Below are positions 37,201-46,813 of a stretch of 64,000 nucleotides of DNA, in pieces. Under the pieces are notes generated by a model that searched no databases, was not told the origin of the DNA, and worked only from the letters and a program-made list of their open reading frames with translations. The translations under genes and the position numbers were made by a program. The stretch lies in the NCBI GenBank assembly GCA_964456845.1, contig CAYWCV010000006.1, positions 4,093 through 68,092 of the forward strand. Reading direction: 5' to 3'. Each line of letters opens with the position of its first letter. Position 1 is the first letter of the stretch. The DNA comes from an uncultured Chitinophagales bacterium (lineage in GTDB: Bacteria; Bacteroidota; Rhodothermia; Balneolales; CAYWCV01).

Positions 37201-38328
37201 TTGTTCAAGCTCAAATCCACATCCAAGGCCACGAAGGCTCGCCGCGGGGTTCTGACCACAGACCACGGCACCATCGAAACTCCTATCTTCATGCCCGTTG
37301 GCACCCACGGCACTGTGAAGGCAGTTACTCAGGCGCAACTTCGCAACGACGTCAAAGCTCAGATTATATTAGGGAACACGTATCATCTGTATCTCAGGCC
37401 CGGCACCGATATTATTTCGAAGGCCGGTGGCCTTCACGGCTTCAACGGTTGGGATCGGCCCATTTTGACCGACTCGGGTGGGTATCAGGTTTTCTCGCTT
37501 TCCAACAACAGAAAATTGCACGAGCGTGGTGCCGAATTCAAGAGCCACCTCGACGGCTCGATGCATCTTTTCACGCCCGAGAATGTGGTTGACATCCAAC
37601 GAGCCCTTGGATCCGACATCATCATGGTACTGGACGAATGCCCTCCATATCCAAGCGAATTCGACTATGCAAAGACGTCGATGGACCTTACGCATCGCTG
37701 GGCCGTCCGTGGGCGGAAAGCCTTTCTGGAGACCCAGGAGCGCTACGGACACCGTCAGTTCCAGTTTGGGATCGTACAAGGGTGTACGTACACGGAGTTG
37801 CGGAAACAATCGGCTTTGGCCATTGCAGAGATGGACTTCGACGGCAATGCTATCGGGGGCCTGAGCGTCGGCGAGCCTACCGACATCCTTTACGACATGA
37901 CGGATTTTACGACCGACTATTTGCCGGCCGAGAAGGCACGCTATCTGATGGGTGTGGGAACACCACAAAATTTACTGGAATGCGTTGCCAGAGGCATCGA
38001 CATGTTCGACTGTGTGATGCCCACGCGAAATGCCCGCAACGGCATGCTTTTCACCCGCAACGGCACCATCAACCTTCGGAACAGCAAATGGAGGACCGTC
38101 TTTGAAAGTGCCGACCCTGGATTCAGTTCGGAGTTGTGCAGTGAGTATTCTCTGGCATATTTGCAGCACTTGTTCCGATCGCAAGAAATTCTCGGGCTTA
38201 CACTGGCATCGGTTCACAACCTGCAGTTTTACCTTTGGCTGATGCAGGAAATTCGCAACCATCTCGACGACGGAGACTTCGACACTTGGTATCCTGGCAT
38301 GGTTGAGCAAGTTGGCAGGCGGCTTTAA
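37201..38328 (+). CDS. tgt: tRNA-guanine transglycosylase (queuine tRNA-ribosyltransferase)
   Basis: Motifs ETPIFMPVGT, LGNTYHL, DSGGYQV, LDEC and GIDMFDCVMPTRNARNG are present. The start is TTG. The zinc-site region is atypical (see findings). Confidence 0.93.
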   Translation: MFKLKSTSKATKARRGVLTTDHGTIETPIFMPVGTHGTVKAVTQAQLRNDVKAQIILGNTYHLYLRPGTDIISKAGGLHGFNGWDRPILTDSGGYQVFSLSNNRKLHERGAEFKSHLDGSMHLFTPENVVDIQRALGSDIIMVLDECPPYPSEFDYAKTSMDLTHRWAVRGRKAFLETQERYGHRQFQFGIVQGCTYTELRKQSALAIAEMDFDGNAIGGLSVGEPTDILYDMTDFTTDYLPAEKARYLMGVGTPQNLLECVARGIDMFDCVMPTRNARNGMLFTRNGTINLRNSKWRTVFESADPGFSSELCSEYSLAYLQHLFRSQEILGLTLASVHNLQFYLWLMQEIRNHLDDGDFDTWYPGMVEQVGRRL

Positions 38329-38345
38329 GCGCACGCTTGCGCGCG

Positions 38346-40472
38346 TCAACGGTTAAGCAGACTCTTGGCTAGGATGTCCAAGTCCAGCCAAATCGAATAG
38401 TTTTGAAGGTAATGCAGCTCAAAATGATCCCCCTCCTCGAGGGGTCCGCTTCGTGTTTCATGATATTGCCGAAGGCCCGTCAATCCATGCTTATAGTACA
38501 ACATCGACTCCCGTGTGTCAGACACGAGCGGGGCGCCAACAAAGCTGATTTTCCCCGAGATGATATAGCCAAGTTGGCTGAGGAGGTTGATCCAAGTACC
38601 CGAGGGCAGCAATCGTAACGTGATATGCCTGTTTTCTGCCACGAAATAATGTTGACCTACGCGTTTGCGCGACGTGACGATCCACGGGATTGCCAGAAAC
38701 GGGACGATCAACAAAAATAATGGCACACTCAGTATGAGATCGAAATTTCGTTTGGCAAAACGGTTCCATGTGGTGTAGTAGAGCAGCTGAACGTCTACGA
38801 CAGGGATATTATCGAGGTACTCGACGTTCGACTTCCCAATGATGTAATCGAGCGTGTTCGGCACTATCTTGAACACAAGGTCCATGCCCTGAAGCTGGGT
38901 CATGGCATGAAGCACCTGTTCGTGGCTGACGGCGTCGACCAGAAAGAAGACCTGCCCCGCCTTATGGTATCGACACAGCGATGCAATTTGGCCGATGTCG
39001 CCCACAACCGGAATGCGCTCCACTTCCTCCGTTTCCGAACCGGGGCTGGATGTAACCACGCCCGTTATCTGGTAATTCCAGTCCACGCGCCCCCGTATTT
39101 TTCGTATCAGATCGGCCGTCTTGTCATTGAGCCCAACTACGAGAATCCGCGAAGGCTGAAACTGACCGGTAGCAAACTGCTGACTGCGCTTCATGTTCTT
39201 GCGAATGAGCCTCAGGGTCGACAAAAGCAATGCGCCACTCACGGCTGCCATCAAGAGAATCCATCTCGAAAAGGCATATTCGCGAAGGAAATATGTAATC
39301 ACAGCTGTGCCGATAACTGCAAAAAGTGTCGCCTTTAGCACGGCAGCGGCCGAATGTCGGTTGGTGCCATAAAGATCGTAATACTTGCCTGCGATGACGT
39401 AAAGCACGGCAATGCATAGATTGTAGACTAAATATCGGGGTTCATACCGGTCGAGAAGCTCGGCAGGGTTGATGCCATAACGGATGATGAAGGCTACAAT
39501 CACCAGCACATTCAGGATCGTGAGATCGATAAGGGGCTGCCAGATACGACGGAGCAGCGTTTTGGCGTACCCCATCACACCCCTAATGACAATACCGGAA
39601 ACGATGATCATCCTGAAGAGCAGCGTATAGCTGTAACTGTAGTGCTTCTCGAAGAACTGGTATAAGGCCTTGTTGAAGATGATGATGTAGTCGATGTTGT
39701 CTTTCTTCGTGCTCTCCCCTTTATAGTGAATGATGCTAGTGGAGGGAACATAGTCGATCACCCGGCCTGACTGGGTGAGCCGGTAGCACAGGTCGATATC
39801 TTCGCCGTACATGAAGAAACGCTCGTCGAAGCCGTCGAGCTCCTTGAGGACGTCGGTCCTGAAAAACATGAAGCTCCCGCTGATGACGGGTACCTCCGAG
39901 GGGGTGTCTTCGTCGAGCCAGTTCATGTAGTAACCGGCAAATGTCTTGCTCTTCGGGAACAAAGTTGCCAATCCAAGCACTTTGCCGAGCGCATTCCAAG
40001 GAGTTGGCACTGTTCGTCGAGACTCGTCGGCAAAGGTGCCGTCCGGGTTCAGGATCTTGCATCCAGCCGCCCCCGTGTTCGGATGAGACTCCATGTGATC
40101 GAACATCACCCTGAGTGTTTCTTCCTCGATGAGCGTGTCGGGGTTGATAAGGAGCGAATATTTCCCCTTCGCCTGTCGGATTGCCTGGTTGTTGGCGCGT
40201 CCGAAGCCGACATTCTCACGGTTCTCGATGTAGTTAACATAGGGGAACCGTCGGCGCAGATACGCCATGGAACCGTCGGATGAATTGTTGTCGACTACAA
40301 AAATCTCAAGCGTGAGATCACCTTTGGCCTTCTCAACCGAAGTGAGGAGATTTGCCAGAAATTCCTTCACGTTGTAATTGACGATCACCAGACTGATGTC
40401 GGGTGGCTTGCTTTGAGGCGATAAGTCGGGGGCATCCGTGTTCACGATCCTAAGATAATTGAATTGGATCAT
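38346..40472 (-). CDS. GT2 glycosyltransferase fused to a WbaP-like membrane/PGT module with a degenerate catalytic motif
   Basis: The N-terminal part is GT2 (SLVIVNYNVKEFL, VVDNNSSDGS, GEDIDLCYR). A TM region and a linker domain sit in the middle. The C-terminal part is PGT-like (KRNFDLILSVPLF...GKISFVGAPL) but has INLLSQ in place of IDELPQ. Confidence 0.8.
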   Translation of the reverse strand: MIQFNYLRIVNTDAPDLSPQSKPPDISLVIVNYNVKEFLANLLTSVEKAKGDLTLEIFVVDNNSSDGSMAYLRRRFPYVNYIENRENVGFGRANNQAIRQAKGKYSLLINPDTLIEEETLRVMFDHMESHPNTGAAGCKILNPDGTFADESRRTVPTPWNALGKVLGLATLFPKSKTFAGYYMNWLDEDTPSEVPVISGSFMFFRTDVLKELDGFDERFFMYGEDIDLCYRLTQSGRVIDYVPSTSIIHYKGESTKKDNIDYIIIFNKALYQFFEKHYSYSYTLLFRMIIVSGIVIRGVMGYAKTLLRRIWQPLIDLTILNVLVIVAFIIRYGINPAELLDRYEPRYLVYNLCIAVLYVIAGKYYDLYGTNRHSAAAVLKATLFAVIGTAVITYFLREYAFSRWILLMAAVSGALLLSTLRLIRKNMKRSQQFATGQFQPSRILVVGLNDKTADLIRKIRGRVDWNYQITGVVTSSPGSETEEVERIPVVGDIGQIASLCRYHKAGQVFFLVDAVSHEQVLHAMTQLQGMDLVFKIVPNTLDYIIGKSNVEYLDNIPVVDVQLLYYTTWNRFAKRNFDLILSVPLFLLIVPFLAIPWIVTSRKRVGQHYFVAENRHITLRLLPSGTWINLLSQLGYIISGKISFVGAPLVSDTRESMLYYKHGLTGLRQYHETRSGPLEEGDHFELHYLQNYSIWLDLDILAKSLLNR

Positions 40473-40509
40473 TCTTCCATTCGTGAGTCAGGACATTGTA
40501 TCTTGGGGC

Positions 40510-42435
40510 ATGCCAATCGACTATTCGAACCGATTTCAGGATGCCGAACGGCTTCTGAAGAAACACTGGGGTTACGACACCTTCCGACCCGGCCAAGACA
40601 CCGTCGTTAAGTCTGTGCTGAAAGGCACTGACACATTGGTGCTTTTTCCGACGGGTGGCGGAAAATCGCTGTGCTACCAGGTGCCCGCCCTGGTAATGGA
40701 CGGCCTGACTCTTGTCATTTCGCCGTTAGTCGCTTTGATGGAGGATCAAGTGGCACAACTCAGACGTCACGGCATCTCGGCCGAGTTCGTTAACAGCACC
40801 ATCAGTCGTTACGAGGTCGAGCAGAGGGTCATCAATGCCCGAAACGGTATGTACCGATTGCTGTATGTAGCCCCCGAAAGGCTGCACACACCCCTTTTCC
40901 AGCACGAGTTGCCCGACTTGAACGTAGATCTCGTTGCCGTCGACGAAGCCCACTGCATTTCGGAATGGGGGCATGAGTTCAGGCCGTCGTACCGGCAGAT
41001 ACGGAACTGGATTGAATCCACAGGCATTCAACCGCGCTGGATGGCGTTGACGGCAACAGCTACACCGCGGGTGAAGGAAGACATCTTGGAAAGCCTCCAT
41101 TTCAGGAACCCAATGGTGGTCGCCAAGACGTTCGAACGCAGCAATCTGAAATGGTGGGTGGTACCGACACACCAAAAACGTTCCAAACTCAGGCAGTTAC
41201 TGTCGAGGGCTGAGGGATCAGGCTTGATTTACGCAGGTACGCGACGAGACTGCGAACAACTCGCCGAATCGATCAGTACCGGTGGCCTGAAAGCGGCAGC
41301 CTACCATGCCGGACTTGCGGCAGATAAACGCAAACAGGTTCAAACAGACTGGATACATGATACAACCCCGCTTGTGGTTGCGACGAATGCCTTCGGCATG
41401 GGGATCGACAAGCCTGATTGCCGTTATGTGATTCACTGGTCTGTGCCCGGCTCGATCGAAGCCTATTACCAGGAGGCAGGTCGGGCTGGAAGGGACGGGT
41501 TGCCTTCCTTCCCCGTGTTGCTCTATTCACAATCCGATCTCGACCGTCTTCGTAAACAAACCGACCAGTCGCACCCAAACTTGGATATTCTCCATAAAGT
41601 CTACTCCGCTGTGTGCGACAGCTTCGACTTGGCCCTGGGCACAAAACACGATACTGCCCGTGCAGTGGATCTCGATTCCGTTTTTAAACGGTCGGGAGTG
41701 CCGCTCAAAATGATCACCCATGTACTCAGGGCTTTAGACCGGTATGGAGTGATCGCGATGACCGACGACTATCCCCCCGCCGTGGGTGTTCATTTCAAAA
41801 ATGGCCTAGAGCACATATGTAATCCTACAGGGGGAAGGAACCCCGCCAAAGACTCATTTGGAGACAAATTGGGCAGGCTTTTCTCGAATGACGCCATCAA
41901 CGACATGCATTTCATTGAAATGGATGTCGTATGCGACCGCTTGGGGTTAAGCAGAAACGCAATCATCAAAGGGCTGGAAGTGTTCCGGCTCGACGGACAA
42001 CTCATCTATGAAATTCGTGACGGAAGACCGCTGGTCGAGCTTATTGAACCGCGACAGCCTAAAGTGCCCGTAAGTCGCGACACCGTGGAGCAGTACCGGC
42101 GCCACCTGATGGTGAAGCTCGATTTTATGGAGGGGTACGCCCTCACCAAACAATGTCGCAGCGCATATCTGAGACGGTATTTTGGAGAGACGGATGTGCC
42201 CGAGAAATGCGGTTACTGTGACGTATGCCTATCTGGGAGCAAAAGCGATGAAAACCACAACCTAGGTAACGACTCAAACGAAGTGCTCGAACTGCTTCGA
42301 AATGCCCCTTTGAGCTTGACCGAAATCAGTAGGAAACTCAAATGGAAAAAAGACAGGCTTTCTAGATGCATCAACTGGTTGGGCAGCGAGGGATTGATCC
42401 GTCAAGACGGAGACCGGTTGAGGGCTGAAGGCTAA
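40510..42435 (+). CDS. recQ: RecQ-family ATP-dependent DNA helicase
   Basis: I chose the start at ATG 40510 (MPIDYSNRF). Motifs FPTGGGKSLCYQ, DEAHCISEWGHEFRPSY and EAGRAGRDG are present, along with the zinc motif C...CGYCDVC. Confidence 0.9.
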   Translation: MPIDYSNRFQDAERLLKKHWGYDTFRPGQDTVVKSVLKGTDTLVLFPTGGGKSLCYQVPALVMDGLTLVISPLVALMEDQVAQLRRHGISAEFVNSTISRYEVEQRVINARNGMYRLLYVAPERLHTPLFQHELPDLNVDLVAVDEAHCISEWGHEFRPSYRQIRNWIESTGIQPRWMALTATATPRVKEDILESLHFRNPMVVAKTFERSNLKWWVVPTHQKRSKLRQLLSRAEGSGLIYAGTRRDCEQLAESISTGGLKAAAYHAGLAADKRKQVQTDWIHDTTPLVVATNAFGMGIDKPDCRYVIHWSVPGSIEAYYQEAGRAGRDGLPSFPVLLYSQSDLDRLRKQTDQSHPNLDILHKVYSAVCDSFDLALGTKHDTARAVDLDSVFKRSGVPLKMITHVLRALDRYGVIAMTDDYPPAVGVHFKNGLEHICNPTGGRNPAKDSFGDKLGRLFSNDAINDMHFIEMDVVCDRLGLSRNAIIKGLEVFRLDGQLIYEIRDGRPLVELIEPRQPKVPVSRDTVEQYRRHLMVKLDFMEGYALTKQCRSAYLRRYFGETDVPEKCGYCDVCLSGSKSDENHNLGNDSNEVLELLRNAPLSLTEISRKLKWKKDRLSRCINWLGSEGLIRQDGDRLRAEG

Positions 42436-42518
42436 TTTTTCCCGCCCAATGTAATCGATCATCCAATCGACTGAAGCACATTCCGAAACCTTATAGCCCG
42501 ATTGTCGTACCAATAATT

Positions 42519-43208
42519 ATGCGACTACATTATAACGCACCCGTGGTGCTCACACATACGCTGGTGGCCATGATCGTCTTGGCCATCGACCCGATTTTTA
42601 ATGGGACGATCATACAATCGGTCATGGTCGTGTATCCCGATGGGTCATTTTTGGATCCGATGACTTGGGTACGCATCTTTGGCCATGTTCTGGGCCATGC
42701 CGATTGGGATCACCTACTGAGCAACTTTGCGGTTATATTATTGATCGGACCAATTTTGGAGGAAAAGTACGGCTCTGCCCGGCTGTTGTTAATGGTTGCT
42801 TTCACGGCCCTATTCACGGGAGTAATCGTAACCCTGTTCTTCCGTGACGCCCTGTTAGGAGCTAGCGGCGTAGCCTTCATGATGATCCTGCTTGGGTCAT
42901 TTGCGAATGCGAAATCAGGCAAAATCCCGCTCACCTTTCTGTTGGTGGCTATTATCTACCTTGGTCGCGAAATCTTCGCGGCTTTCAGCGAAGACCACAT
43001 ATCACAGATGGCCCATATTATTGGTGGCGTGACCGGTTCCATTTTTGGATTCCTGATGACACCAAAATCAAACGGCACGATTTCAGGCACAGGTCCGGGC
43101 CACTCGAAGCCGACACCAGCGGTCAAGCCAAAAGCTCAGCCAACAATTGACGACCTACCAGACCTAAAGCTAACCCCTGAGCAGATGCGATTCGGAATGG
43201 ATGATTAA
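42519..43208 (+). CDS. Rhomboid-family intramembrane serine protease
   Basis: Motifs HADWDHLLSN, GASGVAF (catalytic Ser) and HIIGGVTG (catalytic His) are present. Confidence 0.8.
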   Translation: MRLHYNAPVVLTHTLVAMIVLAIDPIFNGTIIQSVMVVYPDGSFLDPMTWVRIFGHVLGHADWDHLLSNFAVILLIGPILEEKYGSARLLLMVAFTALFTGVIVTLFFRDALLGASGVAFMMILLGSFANAKSGKIPLTFLLVAIIYLGREIFAAFSEDHISQMAHIIGGVTGSIFGFLMTPKSNGTISGTGPGHSKPTPAVKPKAQPTIDDLPDLKLTPEQMRFGMDD

Positions 43209-43227
43209 TATCGGTCAGGGTAAGAAC

Positions 43228-45960
43228 CTATCTTTGGTCTTTTGCGATCGTGAAGTGAAACGTGGAGCCTAGACCAACAACCGACTCCAACCATATCTTT
43301 CCTTTGTGGTGGTCGACGATCTTCTTACAGATGGCCAAGCCGATGCCCGTACCAGGATATTCTTCGCGCGTGTGCAGCCGCTGAAAGATGATGAAAATCT
43401 TGTCGAAGTACCGTTCGTCAATTCCAATTCCGTTGTCTTTGACCGAGAATTTCCAATGCGTGTCAAACTCTTCGCCTACGATTGATATCGATGGAGAAAC
43501 CCCCGGCTTACGATACTTGACCGAGTTTTGGATCAAATTCTGAAAGATTTGGAACAACGCCGACTTGATACCATACACGTTTGGCAATTGACCAATGCTT
43601 ATGCTTGCGTTATGTTCATTTAAAAGTGGCAGGTTCAGATTCACAACTTCATTGAGCAACGCATTCAAGTCCACAAACTCTTTTAAGGTCACCTCCCTGC
43701 CCACCCGAGAATATTTGAGCAGATCAAGAATGAGGGCCCTCATACGTGTTGCGCCGTCCGTGGCGAAATACATGTACTGCTTCGATTTATCATCCAAGTT
43801 GTCGGCGATTCTCTTTTCGAGCAGACTCAGGAAGCTGGTGATCATTCGCAACGGTTCCTGAAGGTCATGAGAGGCGATGTAGACAAATTGTTCAAGCTCG
43901 TCGTTCATTAAGGCGAGCTCTTTGTTACGTTCCTTGAGGTTGTCGTTGAGTTCTACGAGTCGTTCCCGCGACTCTAAGAGCTCGGTGATGTCGTTACCGA
44001 AGGTAAAAAACAACCCATCTTCGCCCGGAATCGGGCTCGTGTGCCAGGCTGTCCATTTCGTGGAACCCGACTTGGTAATATAGCGGTTGATGAATGCGGC
44101 GCGATCTTCCTGCCCACTGATCAACTTTTCATATTCGAGGAGAGTCAAGTCCAGATCGTCGGGGTGTACATATTGAATAAACGGCGTTGATAACAACTCC
44201 TCTTCAGTATAGCCTGAGATCTCGATAAGCCCCGGGTTCACCTGTTTGAAAAAACCATCGTCACCCAATGTGCCGATGATCACCGGGGTCCGGCTGATAA
44301 AGTGATCCAGATCGCGTTTGGACTGCTTCCTGGCTATCTCAAGTCCCATGAAAGGACTGAGACGCTCCAATATTTCAAGACGTAGTGCATAGTCTTCTTC
44401 AACAACGTCGCTGAACAATGTGAGAACACCTATCAATACTCCGTCGTTGAAGATCGGAACACCCAACGCTAGATTAAAACCGGCATCTTCTATCAGATCC
44501 CTGTGCTTAAACACAGACGCATTGTTCAGCTCTTCAAACCGGACGGTGTCCAATTGTTGCCACACCAAGCCGGGCAAGCCTTCACCCTTTGAAAATTTGA
44601 TGTCGTGCAACGAAAGAAATGTTCCATATGCGTCGTCAGAGACCCAATCCGACACTTTGTGCAAGATGGGTTTAGACCTCGACAAAAGCCACATCTCACC
44701 TACTTTGGCGTTCAGAAGGTTTGCTGCATGTTTGAGCATGTCGGACAAAGAGTCACTGAGGCTGAGCAGTTCGCTGTGCGACATCAGCAAGCTGGACCGA
44801 AACTCCTCCTCTAATGTCCGGTAATACCGGTAAGTCTCATTTCGTGATAAGCCCACAAGGCCAGACACATGCCCATTATCGTCCTTAATGGGAACTTTGG
44901 TTGTCGACAGCCATTGCTTTTTGCCATATTGGTCGATAATCGACTCTTGATGATTCAACAAGGGCTCACCGGTTGTCATGATGCGGATGTCATCATCCTG
45001 AAAGTCGGCCGAGAGAATGTCTCCAAAGTAGTCAAACACGGTTTTCCCGAGCGTCTCCTCTTCAGTGTCAGCCCCAAGAAGCTCTTTGTAGATTTTCTTG
45101 TTGTTCACTACATGCTGACCACTCCTGTTTTTGACATAGATATATTCGGGTATGTTATCAATGATGGCCCTGAGCGTATTGCGCTCATTCCTTAGCCGAT
45201 GCTCGTACTCCATTTTGAACGTCACATCCCGGAAGTTATCCACAATCCCGCCGATTAGCGGATCGTCGATCATATTTGTGATGGTAGACTCGAGCCATCG
45301 CCAGGAACCGTCTTTATGCCTAACCCTAGCCGATGCCCCCGGAATTGGTTTGCCGGGGTTTGCGACAGCCGACTGCATAGATTCTGTAACTTGTATGATA
45401 TCGTCGGGATGCAGCAGGTCGAACAACTGAAGGCCCATGGCTTCTTCCTGAGAGTATCCAAGCACGGTGGATATGGAAGGGCTTATGTAGGACGGCTTGC
45501 CATCTGGCGACAAGATTGCAATAGCATCACCGCTGTTTTCTACAAGAGTCTTGAATCGTCTTTCCCGATTTTCGATTTCCTCTCTCGATTGCATCACTAC
45601 AGTTGTGTCGGTGGCAAATACGAGCGCGGCAATAATTGCTCCAGTTTCGTCAATAGCCGGTTTGTAGGCTAAATGATAATGTGACTTCCCACCTTCAGGG
45701 TTGGCGATTTCAAGATCAAAGTCAAATCGGTGGCCTTCGAATACTTGTCGATAAACTTTTTCCAGCTCGTCTTTTCGGCTGGCCACAGCATAATTCAGGA
45801 TATCGTCACCATTTTTTATATCACTGTTGAAATACCGCTTGTAGTAATCTCGGAATTTCTGATTGCAAGCAACAATTCGAAGATCTCTATCAATTATGAT
45901 GAGGCTGTCCTCAGTATAATCTAGGAGTTTTTGCCACTCACTATGTTCGAATTGTTCCAT
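43228..45960 (-). CDS. Multi-PAS/GAF sensor histidine kinase
   Basis: The H-box FVYIASHDLQEPLRMI and HATPase motifs DNGIGI and GTGIGLAICKKI are present. Several PAS units and a GAF-like segment precede them. The length is 910 aa. Confidence 0.9.
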   Translation of the reverse strand: MEQFEHSEWQKLLDYTEDSLIIIDRDLRIVACNQKFRDYYKRYFNSDIKNGDDILNYAVASRKDELEKVYRQVFEGHRFDFDLEIANPEGGKSHYHLAYKPAIDETGAIIAALVFATDTTVVMQSREEIENRERRFKTLVENSGDAIAILSPDGKPSYISPSISTVLGYSQEEAMGLQLFDLLHPDDIIQVTESMQSAVANPGKPIPGASARVRHKDGSWRWLESTITNMIDDPLIGGIVDNFRDVTFKMEYEHRLRNERNTLRAIIDNIPEYIYVKNRSGQHVVNNKKIYKELLGADTEEETLGKTVFDYFGDILSADFQDDDIRIMTTGEPLLNHQESIIDQYGKKQWLSTTKVPIKDDNGHVSGLVGLSRNETYRYYRTLEEEFRSSLLMSHSELLSLSDSLSDMLKHAANLLNAKVGEMWLLSRSKPILHKVSDWVSDDAYGTFLSLHDIKFSKGEGLPGLVWQQLDTVRFEELNNASVFKHRDLIEDAGFNLALGVPIFNDGVLIGVLTLFSDVVEEDYALRLEILERLSPFMGLEIARKQSKRDLDHFISRTPVIIGTLGDDGFFKQVNPGLIEISGYTEEELLSTPFIQYVHPDDLDLTLLEYEKLISGQEDRAAFINRYITKSGSTKWTAWHTSPIPGEDGLFFTFGNDITELLESRERLVELNDNLKERNKELALMNDELEQFVYIASHDLQEPLRMITSFLSLLEKRIADNLDDKSKQYMYFATDGATRMRALILDLLKYSRVGREVTLKEFVDLNALLNEVVNLNLPLLNEHNASISIGQLPNVYGIKSALFQIFQNLIQNSVKYRKPGVSPSISIVGEEFDTHWKFSVKDNGIGIDERYFDKIFIIFQRLHTREEYPGTGIGLAICKKIVDHHKGKIWLESVVGLGSTFHFTIAKDQR

Positions 45961-45985
45961 TCTATTGCATTAACACGTGACACTG

Positions 45986-46027
45986 AAAAAAAAAGCGATC
46001 TCAGCCTCTACGACCAAGATCGCTTTT
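45986..46027 (-). terminator. Rho-independent terminator of sdhCAB (bidirectional form)
   Basis: The stem gcgatct (45995-46001) pairs with agatcgc (46017-46023). An A9 run precedes it on the plus strand, which gives U9 on the minus-strand transcript, and tttt follows it. Confidence 0.75.
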
Positions 46028-46049
46028 AAAAGCAAGAGTAACAATTCCC

Positions 46050-46808
46050 CTAAAAGAGGGACTTTACATATTCCCTGCGCATGAGTGCTATTGCGGTTAT
46101 GGAGATCTCCTTCGGGCAAACGGCTTCACACTCACCGTAGTTGGAGCAATCGCCGAAGCCTTCCGACTCCATTTGGTCGACCATGCTTCGAACGCGCATT
46201 TTCCGTTCGGGCGAGCCCTGTGGCAGCAATGCGAGCTGTGCCACTTTTGCTCCGGTGAATAGCGAGGCGGAGCTGTTGGGGCAGGCAGCCACGCAGGCTC
46301 CGCAGCCAATACAGCTGGCGTAGTCGAATGCTTCGTCGGCGACTTCTTTCCCGATCAAGATTGCGTTGGCATCTGGTGCGGCGCCTGTGTTCACCGAAAT
46401 GTATCCGCCTGACTCAATGATTCGGTCGAATGCTCCGCGGTCTACAACCAAGTCTTTGATGACCGGAAACGCGGCCGCACGCCACGGTTCGATGACGATC
46501 TCGTCGCCGTCTTTGTAATGTCGCATATGCAACTGGCACGTTGCCGTTGCCTTGTTCGGTCCATGTGCGGTGCCATTGATCACGAGACCGCAGGAACCAC
46601 AGATGCCTTCGCGGCAGTCGTGCTCAAACTCGACCGGTTCCTCGCCCTTGTGAATCAACATCTCGTTCAAGTGGTCTAACATCTCCAAGAACGACATGTG
46701 TGGACTCACCCCAGGCAGGGTGTATTTCACCATGGTGCCTTTCGACTTGCCGTCTTTTTGGCGCCATACATTCAGTTTGAGCGTCATGGTTTCGTTACTC
46801 ATGCTCAA
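46050..46808 (-). CDS. sdhB: Succinate dehydrogenase/fumarate reductase iron-sulfur subunit
   Basis: The three Cys clusters are [22 protein letters not shown] and [12 protein letters not shown]. Confidence 0.95.
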   Translation of the reverse strand: MSMSNETMTLKLNVWRQKDGKSKGTMVKYTLPGVSPHMSFLEMLDHLNEMLIHKGEEPVEFEHDCREGICGSCGLVINGTAHGPNKATATCQLHMRHYKDGDEIVIEPWRAAAFPVIKDLVVDRGAFDRIIESGGYISVNTGAAPDANAILIGKEVADEAFDYASCIGCGACVAACPNSSASLFTGAKVAQLALLPQGSPERKMRVRSMVDQMESEGFGDCSNYGECEAVCPKEISITAIALMRREYVKSLF

Positions 46809-46813
46809 TGCTC

